Of a stretch of DNA of 64,000 bases, positions 18,472-28,483 are shown in pieces (within the stretch, counting starts at the first letter, position 1; the number at the start of each line of letters is the position of its first letter). The position numbers and the translations under genes were made by a program. Origin of the DNA: Spirochaetales bacterium. GTDB taxonomy: Bacteria; Spirochaetota; Spirochaetia; Sphaerochaetales; Sphaerochaetaceae. The notes beneath the pieces are model-generated. The model saw only the letters and a list, made by a program, of their open reading frames with translations. It did not search any database and had not been told where the DNA came from. The stretch covers positions 7,623 through 71,622 of the forward strand of contig DUPO01000188.1 of NCBI GenBank assembly GCA_012838275.1. Direction: 5' to 3'.

Positions 18472-19592
18472 ATCGAGACCTATCCGCGATACAGAGGGTC
18501 GTGGTGAAAGTAGGCACGAACCTGCTTTCCACCAAGGACGGAATTGATGAGGGGTGCATTGACCGCATCGCCGGGCAACTTGTCCAGTTGCAGCAGAAGG
18601 GCCTGCAGGTTCTGTTGGTGACATCAGGGGCCATCGGGATGGGGGCCAAGGAGTTGAAGCTGAAAGGTCCTGTCAAGCAGGTCGCCATGCGCCAGGCCTG
18701 TGCCTCTATCGGTCAGCCGCTGCTTATGAGCAGTTATCGAAGGGCTTTCAAGAAGCACGGGGTGCTATGTTCGCAGATATTGCTTACCCGCAAGGAGATG
18801 AACAACCGCCATACCTATGTGAATCTTAGGAACAGCTCCTTTACCCTTTTGGACTTGGGTGTGATTCCCATCTTTAATGAGAACGACACCGTCAGTACTG
18901 CCGAGATAGGTTCGGCCTTTGGCGATAATGACCGCATGAGTGCAATGGTCGCAAGCAAGATTGATGCCGACCTTCTGATCATCCTCACAGATATCAGCGG
19001 GCTCTATACTTCAGATCCCAAGAAAGACCCTAAGGCTGAGCTGATCAGGGATATAGAGATTCTTGACGACGAGATACTTGCCTGTGCAGGCGGTGCGGGA
19101 AGCCTCTTCTCCACAGGCGGCATGAAGACCAAGCTGCTTGCCGCAAAGATTGCTGCTAATGGCGGTTGTGGTTCCATCATAGCCAGTGGGTATGAGCCCG
19201 ATGTTCTGGTCCGCCTGATGGACGGCGAGCCTTTGGGCACGTATATCCATCCCAAGAAGCGCATGAGCCAACGCGAGCGCTGGCTTCTCAACAACTCCCA
19301 CCTCGGGACGATAGTGGTCGACGAAGGGGCGAAGAAAGCCCTCCTCTCCCACAAAAGCTTGCTGCCCAAAGGGGTGGTGCGGGTTGAAGGCGGGTTTGAA
19401 GCCGGGGATGTTGTTGAGATCTGTACGACAGACGGCAAGGCTTTTGCCAAAGCCGCGCCTTATCTCAACAGTACGGACATAGCAAAAATCGCAGGACATG
19501 AGAGCCGTGACATCCTCTGCCTGCTGGGTGAAGGACATAAGGACGTACTGTTCCGTCCGGAGGATTTGGTGCTGTTAGACGATGACGAGTAA
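18468..19592 (+). CDS. proB: Glutamate 5-kinase with C-terminal PUA domain
   Basis: VVKVGT, NENDTVS, FGDNDRMSA, TGGMKTKL. Confidence 0.95.
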   Translation: MNRDLSAIQRVVVKVGTNLLSTKDGIDEGCIDRIAGQLVQLQQKGLQVLLVTSGAIGMGAKELKLKGPVKQVAMRQACASIGQPLLMSSYRRAFKKHGVLCSQILLTRKEMNNRHTYVNLRNSSFTLLDLGVIPIFNENDTVSTAEIGSAFGDNDRMSAMVASKIDADLLIILTDISGLYTSDPKKDPKAELIRDIEILDDEILACAGGAGSLFSTGGMKTKLLAAKIAANGGCGSIIASGYEPDVLVRLMDGEPLGTYIHPKKRMSQRERWLLNNSHLGTIVVDEGAKKALLSHKSLLPKGVVRVEGGFEAGDVVEICTTDGKAFAKAAPYLNSTDIAKIAGHESRDILCLLGEGHKDVLFRPEDLVLLDDDE

Positions 19593-20496
19593 CTACAGGA
19601 TATACAGAAGACGCCTCGACCTGGGATCGCGGATGAATCAGCTGCACAATACAGAGCAGCTGGCCATCGGTATCCTCGACACAGGCACACCCGAACAGCT
19701 TATTGAGAATCTCAGCTGGTATGTGGAGAATATGAATTATGCACTGCATGTTGTAACCCAAGAGGGTAGGTTGGACATAACGGAGATGCAAGAAGCGTAC
19801 AAGGAGGTCACATTCCTTGTATTCCCTTCCTCAGCCTTTACCGGAGAGATGGTCAATGCTGTGGCTAATGAGTGTCAGACCAGCTACTTCCTCATTGTCC
19901 GCAGCGATCTGCTTCTGGTGCGTTTTGACGGGGCGGCTCTTTTTTCGCTCATGGGGCAAAAAGAGGCTCCCGCAGCCATTGCCTCCCTCATAGCCAATAT
20001 GGACAAGGAGATAGTTCCGACGATACGCTCGCCGTATCTTGAGGAAAAAAAACTGGAACCCCGTTCCCATTTCCCCACAGCCGACCTTCCCGGAGGAGAG
20101 AATACGCTCTATCCGGTCATGGCTCTAGGCATGTATGACCGTGCACTCTTCCAACGCCTTCGAGGGTTCGATGAAAAGATTCACAGTGAGTATTTTCAGG
20201 TCCTCGATTGGGGGATAAGGTGTTACCTGTTGGGACATACGGTGAAAGCATCCTCCCATCTTCTGATGCAATTCACTGACCGCCAGTCAGTCATTGAGGA
20301 CCGCAGTGAAAGTGAAGGCTACAAACGTTGCTACACCAAGGCTCTCTCTGTCCAGCAGTTCAAAGGGAAAAACATCATACGCAAGTATAAGGGGTTCGTT
20401 GACAAGGATGCCCTTTCTGATGAGGTGAAAAAACGATTGCTCTGGCTGCAGAAGAGTGATTTCTTCCAACTGCTCGAACATTGGGAGAAAACTTGA
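19582..20496 (+). CDS. Hypothetical protein with degenerate GT2-like fold
   Basis: Tiles between proB and the amidase. MYDRALFQRLRGFDEKI...LDWGIRCYLLG resembles the GT2 C-terminal region. Confidence 0.6.
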   Translation: MTSNYRIYRRRLDLGSRMNQLHNTEQLAIGILDTGTPEQLIENLSWYVENMNYALHVVTQEGRLDITEMQEAYKEVTFLVFPSSAFTGEMVNAVANECQTSYFLIVRSDLLLVRFDGAALFSLMGQKEAPAAIASLIANMDKEIVPTIRSPYLEEKKLEPRSHFPTADLPGGENTLYPVMALGMYDRALFQRLRGFDEKIHSEYFQVLDWGIRCYLLGHTVKASSHLLMQFTDRQSVIEDRSESEGYKRCYTKALSVQQFKGKNIIRKYKGFVDKDALSDEVKKRLLWLQKSDFFQLLEHWEKT

Positions 20497-20497
20497 T

Positions 20498-21250
20498 GTG
20501 AAAAAGCGACTGCTCGCCTTCTGCTTCATTGTGCTTGTCCTCTGCCTTTCGCCGTTGCTTGCGGCAAAGGACCCGTTCTCCTTGCCTGTATCCACTGTAG
20601 TGCTTGATGCAGGTCATGGGGGCAAGGATCCGGGGACGAGCGCCTCCTACGGTTTCAGCGGGGGCACGATCAATGAGAGTGAGCTTGTGCTGGACATTAC
20701 CAAAAGGGTGTACTCACTGCTTTCGGTCGAGAGACCCGATCTTCGACTGGTCATGACGCGCACTGATGATACCTATGTTTCCCTCGCCGAAAGGTCAAGG
20801 GTTGCCTACAGTACGGAACTTCCTCCCCAGAGCAGCCTGCTCTTTGTCTCCATTCACGTCAACAGTGCCCAGAGTCGCGAAGCCTCAGGCTTTGAAGTGC
20901 TGACCAAACGTCAGGAAAAACGTGTCGCCTTCCTGGATGAACATACCCCTATCAAGAATATTCCCCTGTTTGCCCCTTTTACCGCCTTGGAGCTTAACAG
21001 GTTGCTCAATCAGCGGAACCTCTTTGTTGCCCAGACGTTTGAGGAAGTGCTCTCGCAAAGGATGGTCACGTCCCGTAACAGGGGGATAAAGGAGAGAGAC
21101 CTTTATGTGCTCAATGCGAGCAGGGGCCCTGCAGTCCTGCTTGAGTTGGGATTCTTGTCAAATGAGGGTGAAGCCCGAAATATCATCTCTCCGGCTTGGA
21201 GGCAACAGGTCGCCATGGCTATAACCGTAGCCATAATAGCTTGTGTGTAG
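20498..21250 (+). CDS. N-acetylmuramoyl-L-alanine amidase (Amidase_3)
   Basis: LDAGHGGKDPG, NESELVL, SIHVNS, LLELGFLSN. GTG start, signal peptide. Confidence 0.9.
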   Translation: MKKRLLAFCFIVLVLCLSPLLAAKDPFSLPVSTVVLDAGHGGKDPGTSASYGFSGGTINESELVLDITKRVYSLLSVERPDLRLVMTRTDDTYVSLAERSRVAYSTELPPQSSLLFVSIHVNSAQSREASGFEVLTKRQEKRVAFLDEHTPIKNIPLFAPFTALELNRLLNQRNLFVAQTFEEVLSQRMVTSRNRGIKERDLYVLNASRGPAVLLELGFLSNEGEARNIISPAWRQQVAMAITVAIIACV

Positions 21251-21259
21251 GAGTTGATC

Positions 21260-21856
21260 ATGGAACCATTCAACCGTAAGAAGCAATTCAAGTCTCTCTA
21301 CTCCCCCAAAACCGAGCCCTCGTTGGTAACCGTGCCACCTTGTCCGTATTTTGTTGTTGAGGGCGAAGGTTCCCCGCTGGATGAGGCATACGACAAGGCT
21401 GTTGAACTCCTGTATCAGCTGAGTTACACGCTGAAAATGGAGTTTAAGGATGAGCCATGGTACCGGGAGTTTGTCGTTGCACCTCTTGAGGGCCTCTGGA
21501 GTGCCGTTGAAGTGGAGAACATGGATAGATGGCGGTGGACAAGCATGATAGCCCAACCTCCGTTTGTGAATGAAGCGATTTTTTCCAAGGTGGCCGAGAG
21601 GTGTAGTTTTGCCAAAGGCATCTTGGTGAAGGATGCTAAGTTTAGGCGTATCGAGGATGGGCTGTGTGTTACCATGATGCATGTCGGTCCCTATTCCATG
21701 GAGAACCGTTCCTTTGCAAGGATGAATCGCTTCAGCCTTGATAACCGGCTTCAAAGAATTGATGCGACCCACCGTGAAATATATCTCTCAAACCCTAAGA
21801 AAACAGAATCGGAGCGACTGAAAACAGTGCTCCGATTCCGTGTTGAACGAATTTGA
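21260..21856 (+). CDS. GyrI-like small-molecule-binding domain protein
   Basis: VAPLEGLW, WRWTSMIAQP, MHVGPY, HREIYLSNP, LKTVLR. Confidence 0.8.
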   Translation: MEPFNRKKQFKSLYSPKTEPSLVTVPPCPYFVVEGEGSPLDEAYDKAVELLYQLSYTLKMEFKDEPWYREFVVAPLEGLWSAVEVENMDRWRWTSMIAQPPFVNEAIFSKVAERCSFAKGILVKDAKFRRIEDGLCVTMMHVGPYSMENRSFARMNRFSLDNRLQRIDATHREIYLSNPKKTESERLKTVLRFRVERI

Positions 21857-21857
21857 T

Positions 21858-23315
21858 CTAGTAGACTACCTCTTCCTTTGCCTTTTTCCTTTGCGCTACA
21901 AGCAGGTCCATCTTCATCTTCTTCAGTTTTGAAGAGAGGCTGACCTTGTAGATATGCGGGTTTATCTGGCGCAAGTAGGTCTTATGAAAATGCGAGACAT
22001 TTTCGATGGAGAACTTCTGTATCTCCTGCAAGGTAGGCTTCTCCCCGATGCGCTTGCCTCCCTTGACCTTCATGGTTAGCAGGGGGACGCATGTGGCGTA
22101 GCGGGTGGGAACCATTTCAAAGAAATCCACTTCAGAGAAGGGATGGAAAAAAGTATATGACTTGCCTTTGGTGATTTTTTCATTTTCCAAGGTGATCAGG
22201 TCGGCCAAGGCCCCTTCCTCACGGTCGAAAAACCTCCAGACCTGTTTGATCCCAGGGTTGGTGGTCTTTTCATAGGTGTTGGATATCTTCATGGTAGGGG
22301 TCAGGGGCCCTCCGTTATCCTGTTTTGCCACAAGCTTGTAAACCCCGTTGAGAGCCGATTGCTTGCCTCCGGTCACCAGATGGGTGCCGATGCCCCAGCT
22401 GTCGATGGGAACCTCATCGTGGATGAGCGTCTGTACGATCTCCTCATTGAGATCGCTTGAGACTGCTATGGTTGCATCGTGAAGACCGACATCATCTAAC
22501 TTTTTGCGCACCACACGGGGAAGATAGGCGAGGTCTCCGCTGTCGATTCTGACACCGATCTTCTTGCCTTTTTTCTTCTGTTCAAGGCCGACAATAATAG
22601 CGTTCTCTATGCCGGATCCCAGGGTGTCGTAGGTATCTATGAGCAAGATGGTGTTGTCAGGGTAATACTTGGCGAAGGCTCTGAAGGATTCCAGCTCGGA
22701 GGGGAAGCTCATGACCCATGAGTGGGCCATGGTGCCGACCACAGGAATGCCGTAAGTCTTGCCTGCAAGGGTGTTGCTGGTGACTTGGGCCCCTCCAATG
22801 AATGCCGCTCTAGAGGCGGTCAGGGCTCCGTCCTGGCCTTGGGCACGTCTCAAGCCGAACTCCATGAGCGAACCGCGTCTGGAGGCTAAGGATATCCTGG
22901 AAGCCTTGGTGGCTATCAGGCTCTGGAAGTTCAGGTTGTTGAGCATCAGGCTCTCGATGAGCTGGGCTTCGATGAGGTTGGTATGGACTCGAACCAAAGG
23001 TTCTCCAGGGAAGACCACCGTCCCTTCTGACATCGCATAGATGTCTCCAGAGAAGGAGAACCCTCTCAGGTACTCCAGAAATTCAGGGCTGAAGGTGTTG
23101 AGACCGGCAAGGTACTCAATATCCTCATCACTGAAAGAGAGACCCTCAAGCTTGTCTAGAAAATCGTTGAGCCCGGCAAATATCACGTACCCGCCCTCAA
23201 AAGGATTGGTACGGTAGAACATCTCAAAGACGACATCAGGGTTATGTTTTTCGTTGAAGTATCCCTGCATCATGGTAAGCTCATAAAAATCTGTAGTGAG
23301 TGCGCTTGTATACAT
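21858..23315 (-). CDS. pncB: Nicotinate phosphoribosyltransferase
   Basis: LTTDFYELTM, EFGLRRAQG, GTMAHSWV, VRIDSGDL, GVYKLV. Confidence 0.93.
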   Translation of the reverse strand: MYTSALTTDFYELTMMQGYFNEKHNPDVVFEMFYRTNPFEGGYVIFAGLNDFLDKLEGLSFSDEDIEYLAGLNTFSPEFLEYLRGFSFSGDIYAMSEGTVVFPGEPLVRVHTNLIEAQLIESLMLNNLNFQSLIATKASRISLASRRGSLMEFGLRRAQGQDGALTASRAAFIGGAQVTSNTLAGKTYGIPVVGTMAHSWVMSFPSELESFRAFAKYYPDNTILLIDTYDTLGSGIENAIIVGLEQKKKGKKIGVRIDSGDLAYLPRVVRKKLDDVGLHDATIAVSSDLNEEIVQTLIHDEVPIDSWGIGTHLVTGGKQSALNGVYKLVAKQDNGGPLTPTMKISNTYEKTTNPGIKQVWRFFDREEGALADLITLENEKITKGKSYTFFHPFSEVDFFEMVPTRYATCVPLLTMKVKGGKRIGEKPTLQEIQKFSIENVSHFHKTYLRQINPHIYKVSLSSKLKKMKMDLLVAQRKKAKEEVVY

Positions 23316-23333
23316 TGCTTGTTCCAATCCTTG

Positions 23334-24611
23334 TTACAGTGCTTCTATCCGGTCAAATCCGGTATAGGGTACCAATGAGGGTGGAATCGTGACCGATCCG
23401 TCCTCATTCTGGAAGTTCTCCAACACAGCGACCATGGCCCGGCTGAGGGCGATGGCTGTCCCATTGAGCATGTGGACGAACTGGGTGGAGCCTTCATCAT
23501 CACGATAGCGGATACCCAGTGCCCGCGCCTGGTAATCGGTGCAGTTGCTTGTGGAGGTGACTTCACCGTATTCGCCCTCTTCTCCACGTCCTGGCATCCA
23601 GGCCTCGATATCAAACTTTCGGTAGGCGGGGGAGCCCAGGTCGCCGGTAGCTGTATCGACTACACGGTAGGCGAGTCCCAGACCGCTGAATATTTCCTCT
23701 TCTATACCTAAGATAAGGTTGTGATAGTGTTCGCTCTCCTCAGGGAGGCAGTAGATGAACATCTCCAGCTTGGAGAACTGGTGCACACGGTACAGACCTT
23801 TGGAGTACTGTCCAGCCCCTCCTGCTTCGCGACGGAAACAGTGGGAGAGCCCGCACATCTTGATAGGGAGCTTTTTCCTGTCGAGAATCTGGTTTGCATA
23901 GTACCCTCCAAGGGTTATCTCCGCTGTCCCTACCAGGCAGGTATCGGTACCTTCGAGGTTGTAGATGTTGCTCTCTTCCCCTCGGGGGTTAAAGCCGATG
24001 CCGAGAAGGATTTCCTCTTTGGCGATGTCTGGGGTGATGAAAGGGGTAAAGCCATTTTTCATCACTATATCAAGGGCATAGCGTTCCATCGCCATCTGGA
24101 GGATCACAGCCTGGTTTTTCAGGTAGTAGAACTTGGGTCCCGATACCCTGGTGGCCGAATCAAAGTCAATGAGGTCCAGACTCTCTCCAAGCTGGACATG
24201 GTCCTTGGGCTTGAATGAGAAAGTGGGGACCTGCCCAACCAGTTTCACTGTTGTGCTGTCCTTGTCCTCTTTCCCGATGGGTGCGTCCTCATGGGCGTAG
24301 TTGGGGATGGTTCTCGCCTTTTCCTGGAAAGCCGTTTCGACTACAGCGAGTTCTGTCTCCAGTTTGGCGATGGTCTCCTTGATTTGCTTTCCTTCTGCAA
24401 TGTAGGCATCGCGGGTCTCTTTGTCGAGTTTGGCCTTCATCTTCTGGGCATTCTCATTTCGTTTTGCCCTGTACGCCTCGCTCTCCTGTAGTAAGGCAGA
24501 GCGTTTCTCTTGCAAGACGATTATCTCATCTATGTCGACATTCATGTAACGGTTGCTGATATTCTGGGCTATCTCGTCCCGTCTCTCTTTAAGTTCTTTC
24601 AAGTCAATCAT
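23334..24611 (-). CDS. serS: Seryl-tRNA synthetase
   Basis: LVGTAE, FRREAG, GLYRVHQFSKLE, NCTDYQAR, HMLNGTA. Confidence 0.97.
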   Translation of the reverse strand: MIDLKELKERRDEIAQNISNRYMNVDIDEIIVLQEKRSALLQESEAYRAKRNENAQKMKAKLDKETRDAYIAEGKQIKETIAKLETELAVVETAFQEKARTIPNYAHEDAPIGKEDKDSTTVKLVGQVPTFSFKPKDHVQLGESLDLIDFDSATRVSGPKFYYLKNQAVILQMAMERYALDIVMKNGFTPFITPDIAKEEILLGIGFNPRGEESNIYNLEGTDTCLVGTAEITLGGYYANQILDRKKLPIKMCGLSHCFRREAGGAGQYSKGLYRVHQFSKLEMFIYCLPEESEHYHNLILGIEEEIFSGLGLAYRVVDTATGDLGSPAYRKFDIEAWMPGRGEEGEYGEVTSTSNCTDYQARALGIRYRDDEGSTQFVHMLNGTAIALSRAMVAVLENFQNEDGSVTIPPSLVPYTGFDRIEAL

Positions 24612-24649
24612 GATACTTCCTCATTAGTATGATATTCAAAGTACAAGGT

Positions 24650-25453
24650 TCATTGTCTGTTCTGGCCGGCCATTTTTTCCAGGAGCCGGAACTTGTCGCT
24701 CGATGCCGAAACTGCAGCCATTACAGTGGCATCAAAGTTTCCTTCGGCGAGGGAGCGCATCCCCTCGATGGTCGTCCCTCCGGCAGAGCAGACCTTGGTG
24801 GCAAGCGCGATAGGGTTGGCGTCCTCTTGTTTCTGTAAGGCTACAGCACTTAGGCAGGTATCGCGTGCTATCGCCAGAGCTTGAGGATAGGGAATTCCCT
24901 CACTGACCCCACCCATGGCAATGGCGTGGAGAAATTGGAACACATAGGCAATAGCTGAGCCGCTTATGCCGGTAAAAGCCGCTATCTGATCCTCAGGGAG
25001 GAGAAAGGCCGAGCCGAACAGCTGTGCTATCGCCATGGAGGTCTCCTTCAGGGAGTCTGAAGCCTTGGCTCCAGGGGTTACTGCAGTGACGGACTGCCGT
25101 ACCTGGGCGGCGAGATTGGGCATGTATCGCACAACATTTTCAGTGCCGAGGTTTTCTGTCAGTGTCTCCAGGCTGACCCCTGCTGCAATGCTTATCCACT
25201 TCTTTTGCCTCGAGCCGAGGTTACGCAAGAGGGGGTAGAGGGATGGAAGCACTTGAGGCTTAATTGCAAGCAAGAGCAGATCCTCACTCTGAAGAAGCTC
25301 TTGCAGTGATTTGGCGATCGTACAATCACCGAGGCCCTCTAACTTGCTCATGTCGGTGTCATAGACTGCCACGTGCCAATCTTTCTCTGAGCTCAGGGCT
25401 CTGGCGATGGCACTGCCCATATTGCCGGCTCCGATGATTCCTATCTTTTTCAT
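24650..25453 (-). CDS. proC: Pyrroline-5-carboxylate reductase
   Basis: IGAGNMG, RYMPN, SGSAIAY, VCSAGGTT. Confidence 0.92.
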   Translation of the reverse strand: MKKIGIIGAGNMGSAIARALSSEKDWHVAVYDTDMSKLEGLGDCTIAKSLQELLQSEDLLLLAIKPQVLPSLYPLLRNLGSRQKKWISIAAGVSLETLTENLGTENVVRYMPNLAAQVRQSVTAVTPGAKASDSLKETSMAIAQLFGSAFLLPEDQIAAFTGISGSAIAYVFQFLHAIAMGGVSEGIPYPQALAIARDTCLSAVALQKQEDANPIALATKVCSAGGTTIEGMRSLAEGNFDATVMAAVSASSDKFRLLEKMAGQNRQ

Positions 25454-25959
25454 GTTGCTTGCCCCCAAGAGAGTCTGTGTAGAGTCCCATCCTGTAGAAG
25501 GGACGGGAAATTTTGTTGTCTCATGTATTCGTATGCGGCTATGGCCACTGTATTGGAGAGGTTGAGGCTTCTAGCTTCCTCAAGCATGGGGATCCGGACA
25601 CACCCTTTTTCCTGGTTGATGAGGATATGTTCGCTGATGCCCCGGCTCTCCTTGCCAAAAATCAGATAACAGTCACCTTCAGGATATTTGACTTCCGAGT
25701 AGAGGCGATGTGCCTTTGTAGTGAAGAAAAAAAGCTTGTCATCCTTATGTTCTCGCATGAAGGAATCAATGCTGTCGTGCTCAACAAGGGTAAGCAGATG
25801 CCAGTAGTCCAGCCCTGCACGCTTGAGGTGCTTCTCATCCAGGGAGTACCCAAGAGGGTGCACAAGGTGCAAGCTCGCACCTATGGCGGCACAGGTACGG
25901 GCTATATTGCCGGTGTTTTGTGGTATCTCTGGTTCAAACAGTACAATATGTAGGGCCAT
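25450..25959 (-). CDS. trmL: tRNA (cytidine/uridine-34-2'-O)-methyltransferase
   Basis: EPEIPQNTGNIARTC, KRAGLDYW, FGKESRG, RSLNLSN. Confidence 0.93.
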   Translation of the reverse strand: MALHIVLFEPEIPQNTGNIARTCAAIGASLHLVHPLGYSLDEKHLKRAGLDYWHLLTLVEHDSIDSFMREHKDDKLFFFTTKAHRLYSEVKYPEGDCYLIFGKESRGISEHILINQEKGCVRIPMLEEARSLNLSNTVAIAAYEYMRQQNFPSLLQDGTLHRLSWGQAT

Positions 25960-26098
25960 GGGCAGTTCCTTATGCATGCAAATCTACCACTTAACTCAAA
26001 TCCGTACAAGGTATGACAAGCTTTGGAAGGGGTAATTGAAGAAGCTTGAACTGTGACAGATTATGCTCTAGACTTGCGAAGGAGTTTAGGAGGCGGCT

Positions 26099-26923
26099 AT
26101 GCTTGAGGTTTTGAAGGCGTTGTTGTTGGGTGTCGTGCAAGGAATTACTGAATGGCTTCCGATAAGCTCGACCGGGCACCTTCTCCTGCTTGATGAGTTG
26201 ATATCACTATCCATGGGCCCAAAGGGAAAGGAACTCTTCATGGTCATCATACAGCTCGCCTCCATCCTGGCTGTCATTATCCTCTACTTTACCCTGCTCA
26301 ATCCCTTCTCCTGCAAGAAAGATACAACTGAAAAAAAAGATACGTGGAGACTCTGGGCAAAAGTCATTGTCGCCACCATCCCTGCCGGGATAGCAGGCGT
26401 CCTGCTTGATGACCTGATGGATACCTACCTCTACAAGTGGCAGGTAATCGTCATAGCCCTTGCCGTGTACGGTTTGATCTATGTGGTGGTTGAGAAGAAG
26501 GGAAGGGGTTCCAGGGAGCCTAGGATTACAAGCCTGGACGCTCTGACATTCAAGGATGCGGCAGCGATGGGGGCCTTTCAGATGCTTGCCCTGGTACCCG
26601 GCACCAGCAGGTCAGGCTCTACCATCCTGGGAGGGATTTTTTTTGGGATTGAGAGGTCTGTAGCCGCACAATTCTCCTTCTTCATGGCTATCCCTGTCAT
26701 GGCAGGTGCCTCGCTGCTGAAACTTCTGAAGCTTGGATTTTCCTATACGAGAAGTGAGTACCTGCTGATAGGGGTGGCATTCGTCGCTTCCTTCTTGGTT
26801 TCGCTTGTCTGTATCAAGGGCTTGGTGGCCTATGTTCGCAAGCATGATTTCTCAATCTTTGGGTTCTATAGGATCGCACTGGCTGTGGTCGTAACAATCT
26901 ATTTCCTCTCAACAGGACGGTAA
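26099..26923 (+). CDS. uppP: Undecaprenyl-diphosphate phosphatase
   Basis: QGITEWLPISSTGH, PGTSRSGST. Confidence 0.95.
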   Translation: MLEVLKALLLGVVQGITEWLPISSTGHLLLLDELISLSMGPKGKELFMVIIQLASILAVIILYFTLLNPFSCKKDTTEKKDTWRLWAKVIVATIPAGIAGVLLDDLMDTYLYKWQVIVIALAVYGLIYVVVEKKGRGSREPRITSLDALTFKDAAAMGAFQMLALVPGTSRSGSTILGGIFFGIERSVAAQFSFFMAIPVMAGASLLKLLKLGFSYTRSEYLLIGVAFVASFLVSLVCIKGLVAYVRKHDFSIFGFYRIALAVVVTIYFLSTGR

Positions 26924-26924
26924 T

Positions 26925-28073
26925 ATGGCACTCTTGATCATCATTTATGTTTCATTTATCAGTTTGGGGCTTCCTGATGCAGTGCTTGGCAGCGCTTGGC
27001 CCGTCATGCATGTCAGCCTTGGGCTTCCCCTTTGGAGTGCAGGGGTCATCGCTGCGACCACCAGCATGGGGACCGTCATCTCCGCCCTGCTCAGTACAAA
27101 GGTCATTGCAAGGTTCGGTACCGGTAAGGTTACGCTCATCAGCGTGCTGATGACAGCCGTAGCCCTGGTCGGCTTTTCATTCTCCCACACTATTGCGATG
27201 CTGCTGATATTCGCCCTACCGTTGGGTTTGGGTGCAGGTTCTGTCGATACCGCCCTGAACAACTATGTCGCCTTGCACTATAAGGCCAGGCACATGAGTT
27301 GGTTGCATAGTTTTTGGGGTGTGGGGGCAAGCTTAGGTCCTGCCATTGTAGCTTTGACTCTCTCATTGGGTTTCAGCTACAAGGGAGGATACCGCACCAT
27401 CGGCGCTCTGCAGTTCATGTTGGTCATCGTGCTCGCGCTCTCCCTCTCCAGGTGGAGTGACCATGAAGCGAAGGAAACAACAGAAATCGCCAAAGGAAAC
27501 AGGGAAGTGTTGAAAATCAAAGGGGTCTCCTCAGCCCTGCTTACCTTCTTCCTCTACTGTGCCCTTGAAATATCAACAGGACTTTGGGCTACAACCTACC
27601 TTGTGCAGGTTAAAGGCCTTGACCCTACCAAAGCCGCCTTATGGGGAGGACTCTACTATATGGGCATAACAGGAGGAAGGATGCTCAGCGGTTTCATCAC
27701 CTTCCGGGTTTCAAACAACCAGATGACCTTTGGAGGCCTGGGCCTGTGTCTTGTTAGCTTGCTCCTGTTTCTCTCTCCCGATGCGAATGTGGCAGGGTTT
27801 GCCCTGGTTCTTCTGGGTCTGGGAAGCGCTCCTATTTTCCCCAGCATGATCCATGAGACCCCGAGGCGTTTTGGAGTCGGGGCGAGCCAGGCGATCATAG
27901 GCTTGCAGATGGCTACCGCATACGTGGGTAATACCGTCATGCCGCCGGTCGTAGGAGTCCTTGCTTCTACTATAGGCCTGGTCTGGCTTCCTGTCCTGCA
28001 GGCTGTCTTGGTAGTGGGCATGATGCTTACCGTACTGCGCCTGGTGCTGCTGCAAAAGAAGAAGAGTCAGTAA
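26925..28073 (+). CDS. MFS transporter
   Basis: 12-TM pattern, GLPDAVLGSAWP, HSFWGVGASLGP, APIFPSMIHETP. Confidence 0.85.
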   Translation: MALLIIIYVSFISLGLPDAVLGSAWPVMHVSLGLPLWSAGVIAATTSMGTVISALLSTKVIARFGTGKVTLISVLMTAVALVGFSFSHTIAMLLIFALPLGLGAGSVDTALNNYVALHYKARHMSWLHSFWGVGASLGPAIVALTLSLGFSYKGGYRTIGALQFMLVIVLALSLSRWSDHEAKETTEIAKGNREVLKIKGVSSALLTFFLYCALEISTGLWATTYLVQVKGLDPTKAALWGGLYYMGITGGRMLSGFITFRVSNNQMTFGGLGLCLVSLLLFLSPDANVAGFALVLLGLGSAPIFPSMIHETPRRFGVGASQAIIGLQMATAYVGNTVMPPVVGVLASTIGLVWLPVLQAVLVVGMMLTVLRLVLLQKKKSQ

Positions 28074-28162
28074 GACTCTGGCAAATCCAGCATCATCGGG
28101 CTCCGTGCCTTGTTATATTTGAATCCTAACAGTATGCTTTACTTATGATTAACTAATTCTCC

Positions 28163-28193
28163 TTTCAAAAGGGACAAGTGGATCCTTTTGAAA
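28163..28193. promoter_or_regulatory. 10-bp perfect inverted repeat upstream of small membrane ORF
   Basis: TTTCAAAAGG-N11-CCTTTTGAAA in an AT-rich intergenic region. Confidence 0.4.
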
Positions 28194-28221
28194 TGTTGGA
28201 TTTTCCAGTCAGGAGAAAAAC

Positions 28222-28425
28222 ATGGTAACATATCTGATTGTTCTTTTTGTCATAGTAGCAGTGCTCTTCGGCTCATCGGCAGCGGGTTTCCTGGCCCTAC
28301 GGGTTGTCCTTTGGATAGTGGTGATACTTGCAGTCCTCTCATTCTTCGGTTTCGGCGTGTTTTATTTGAGGACCCCCTCCGGCTTTGCGTCAGTAGGGCA
28401 TATGACAGCGTATTTCCTGGCTTAG
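28222..28425 (+). CDS. Small two-helix membrane protein (67 aa)
   Basis: AGGAGA RBS before the ATG. Two hydrophobic segments. Occupies an otherwise empty intergenic space. Confidence 0.6.
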   Translation: MVTYLIVLFVIVAVLFGSSAAGFLALRVVLWIVVILAVLSFFGFGVFYLRTPSGFASVGHMTAYFLA

Positions 28426-28483
28426 TGTAAGGAAAAGCTTCGGCAAAGTCCGTCATGACGGTCCTGCTGCGCACGGTCCTCCA

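Noticed and set aside
17650-18624. 324-aa antisense ORF
   Set aside because: Shadow of proA/proB.
17143-19592. proA before proB (reverse of the usual proBA)
   Set aside because: As recalled, this order also occurs in other spirochaetes, so it is not novel.
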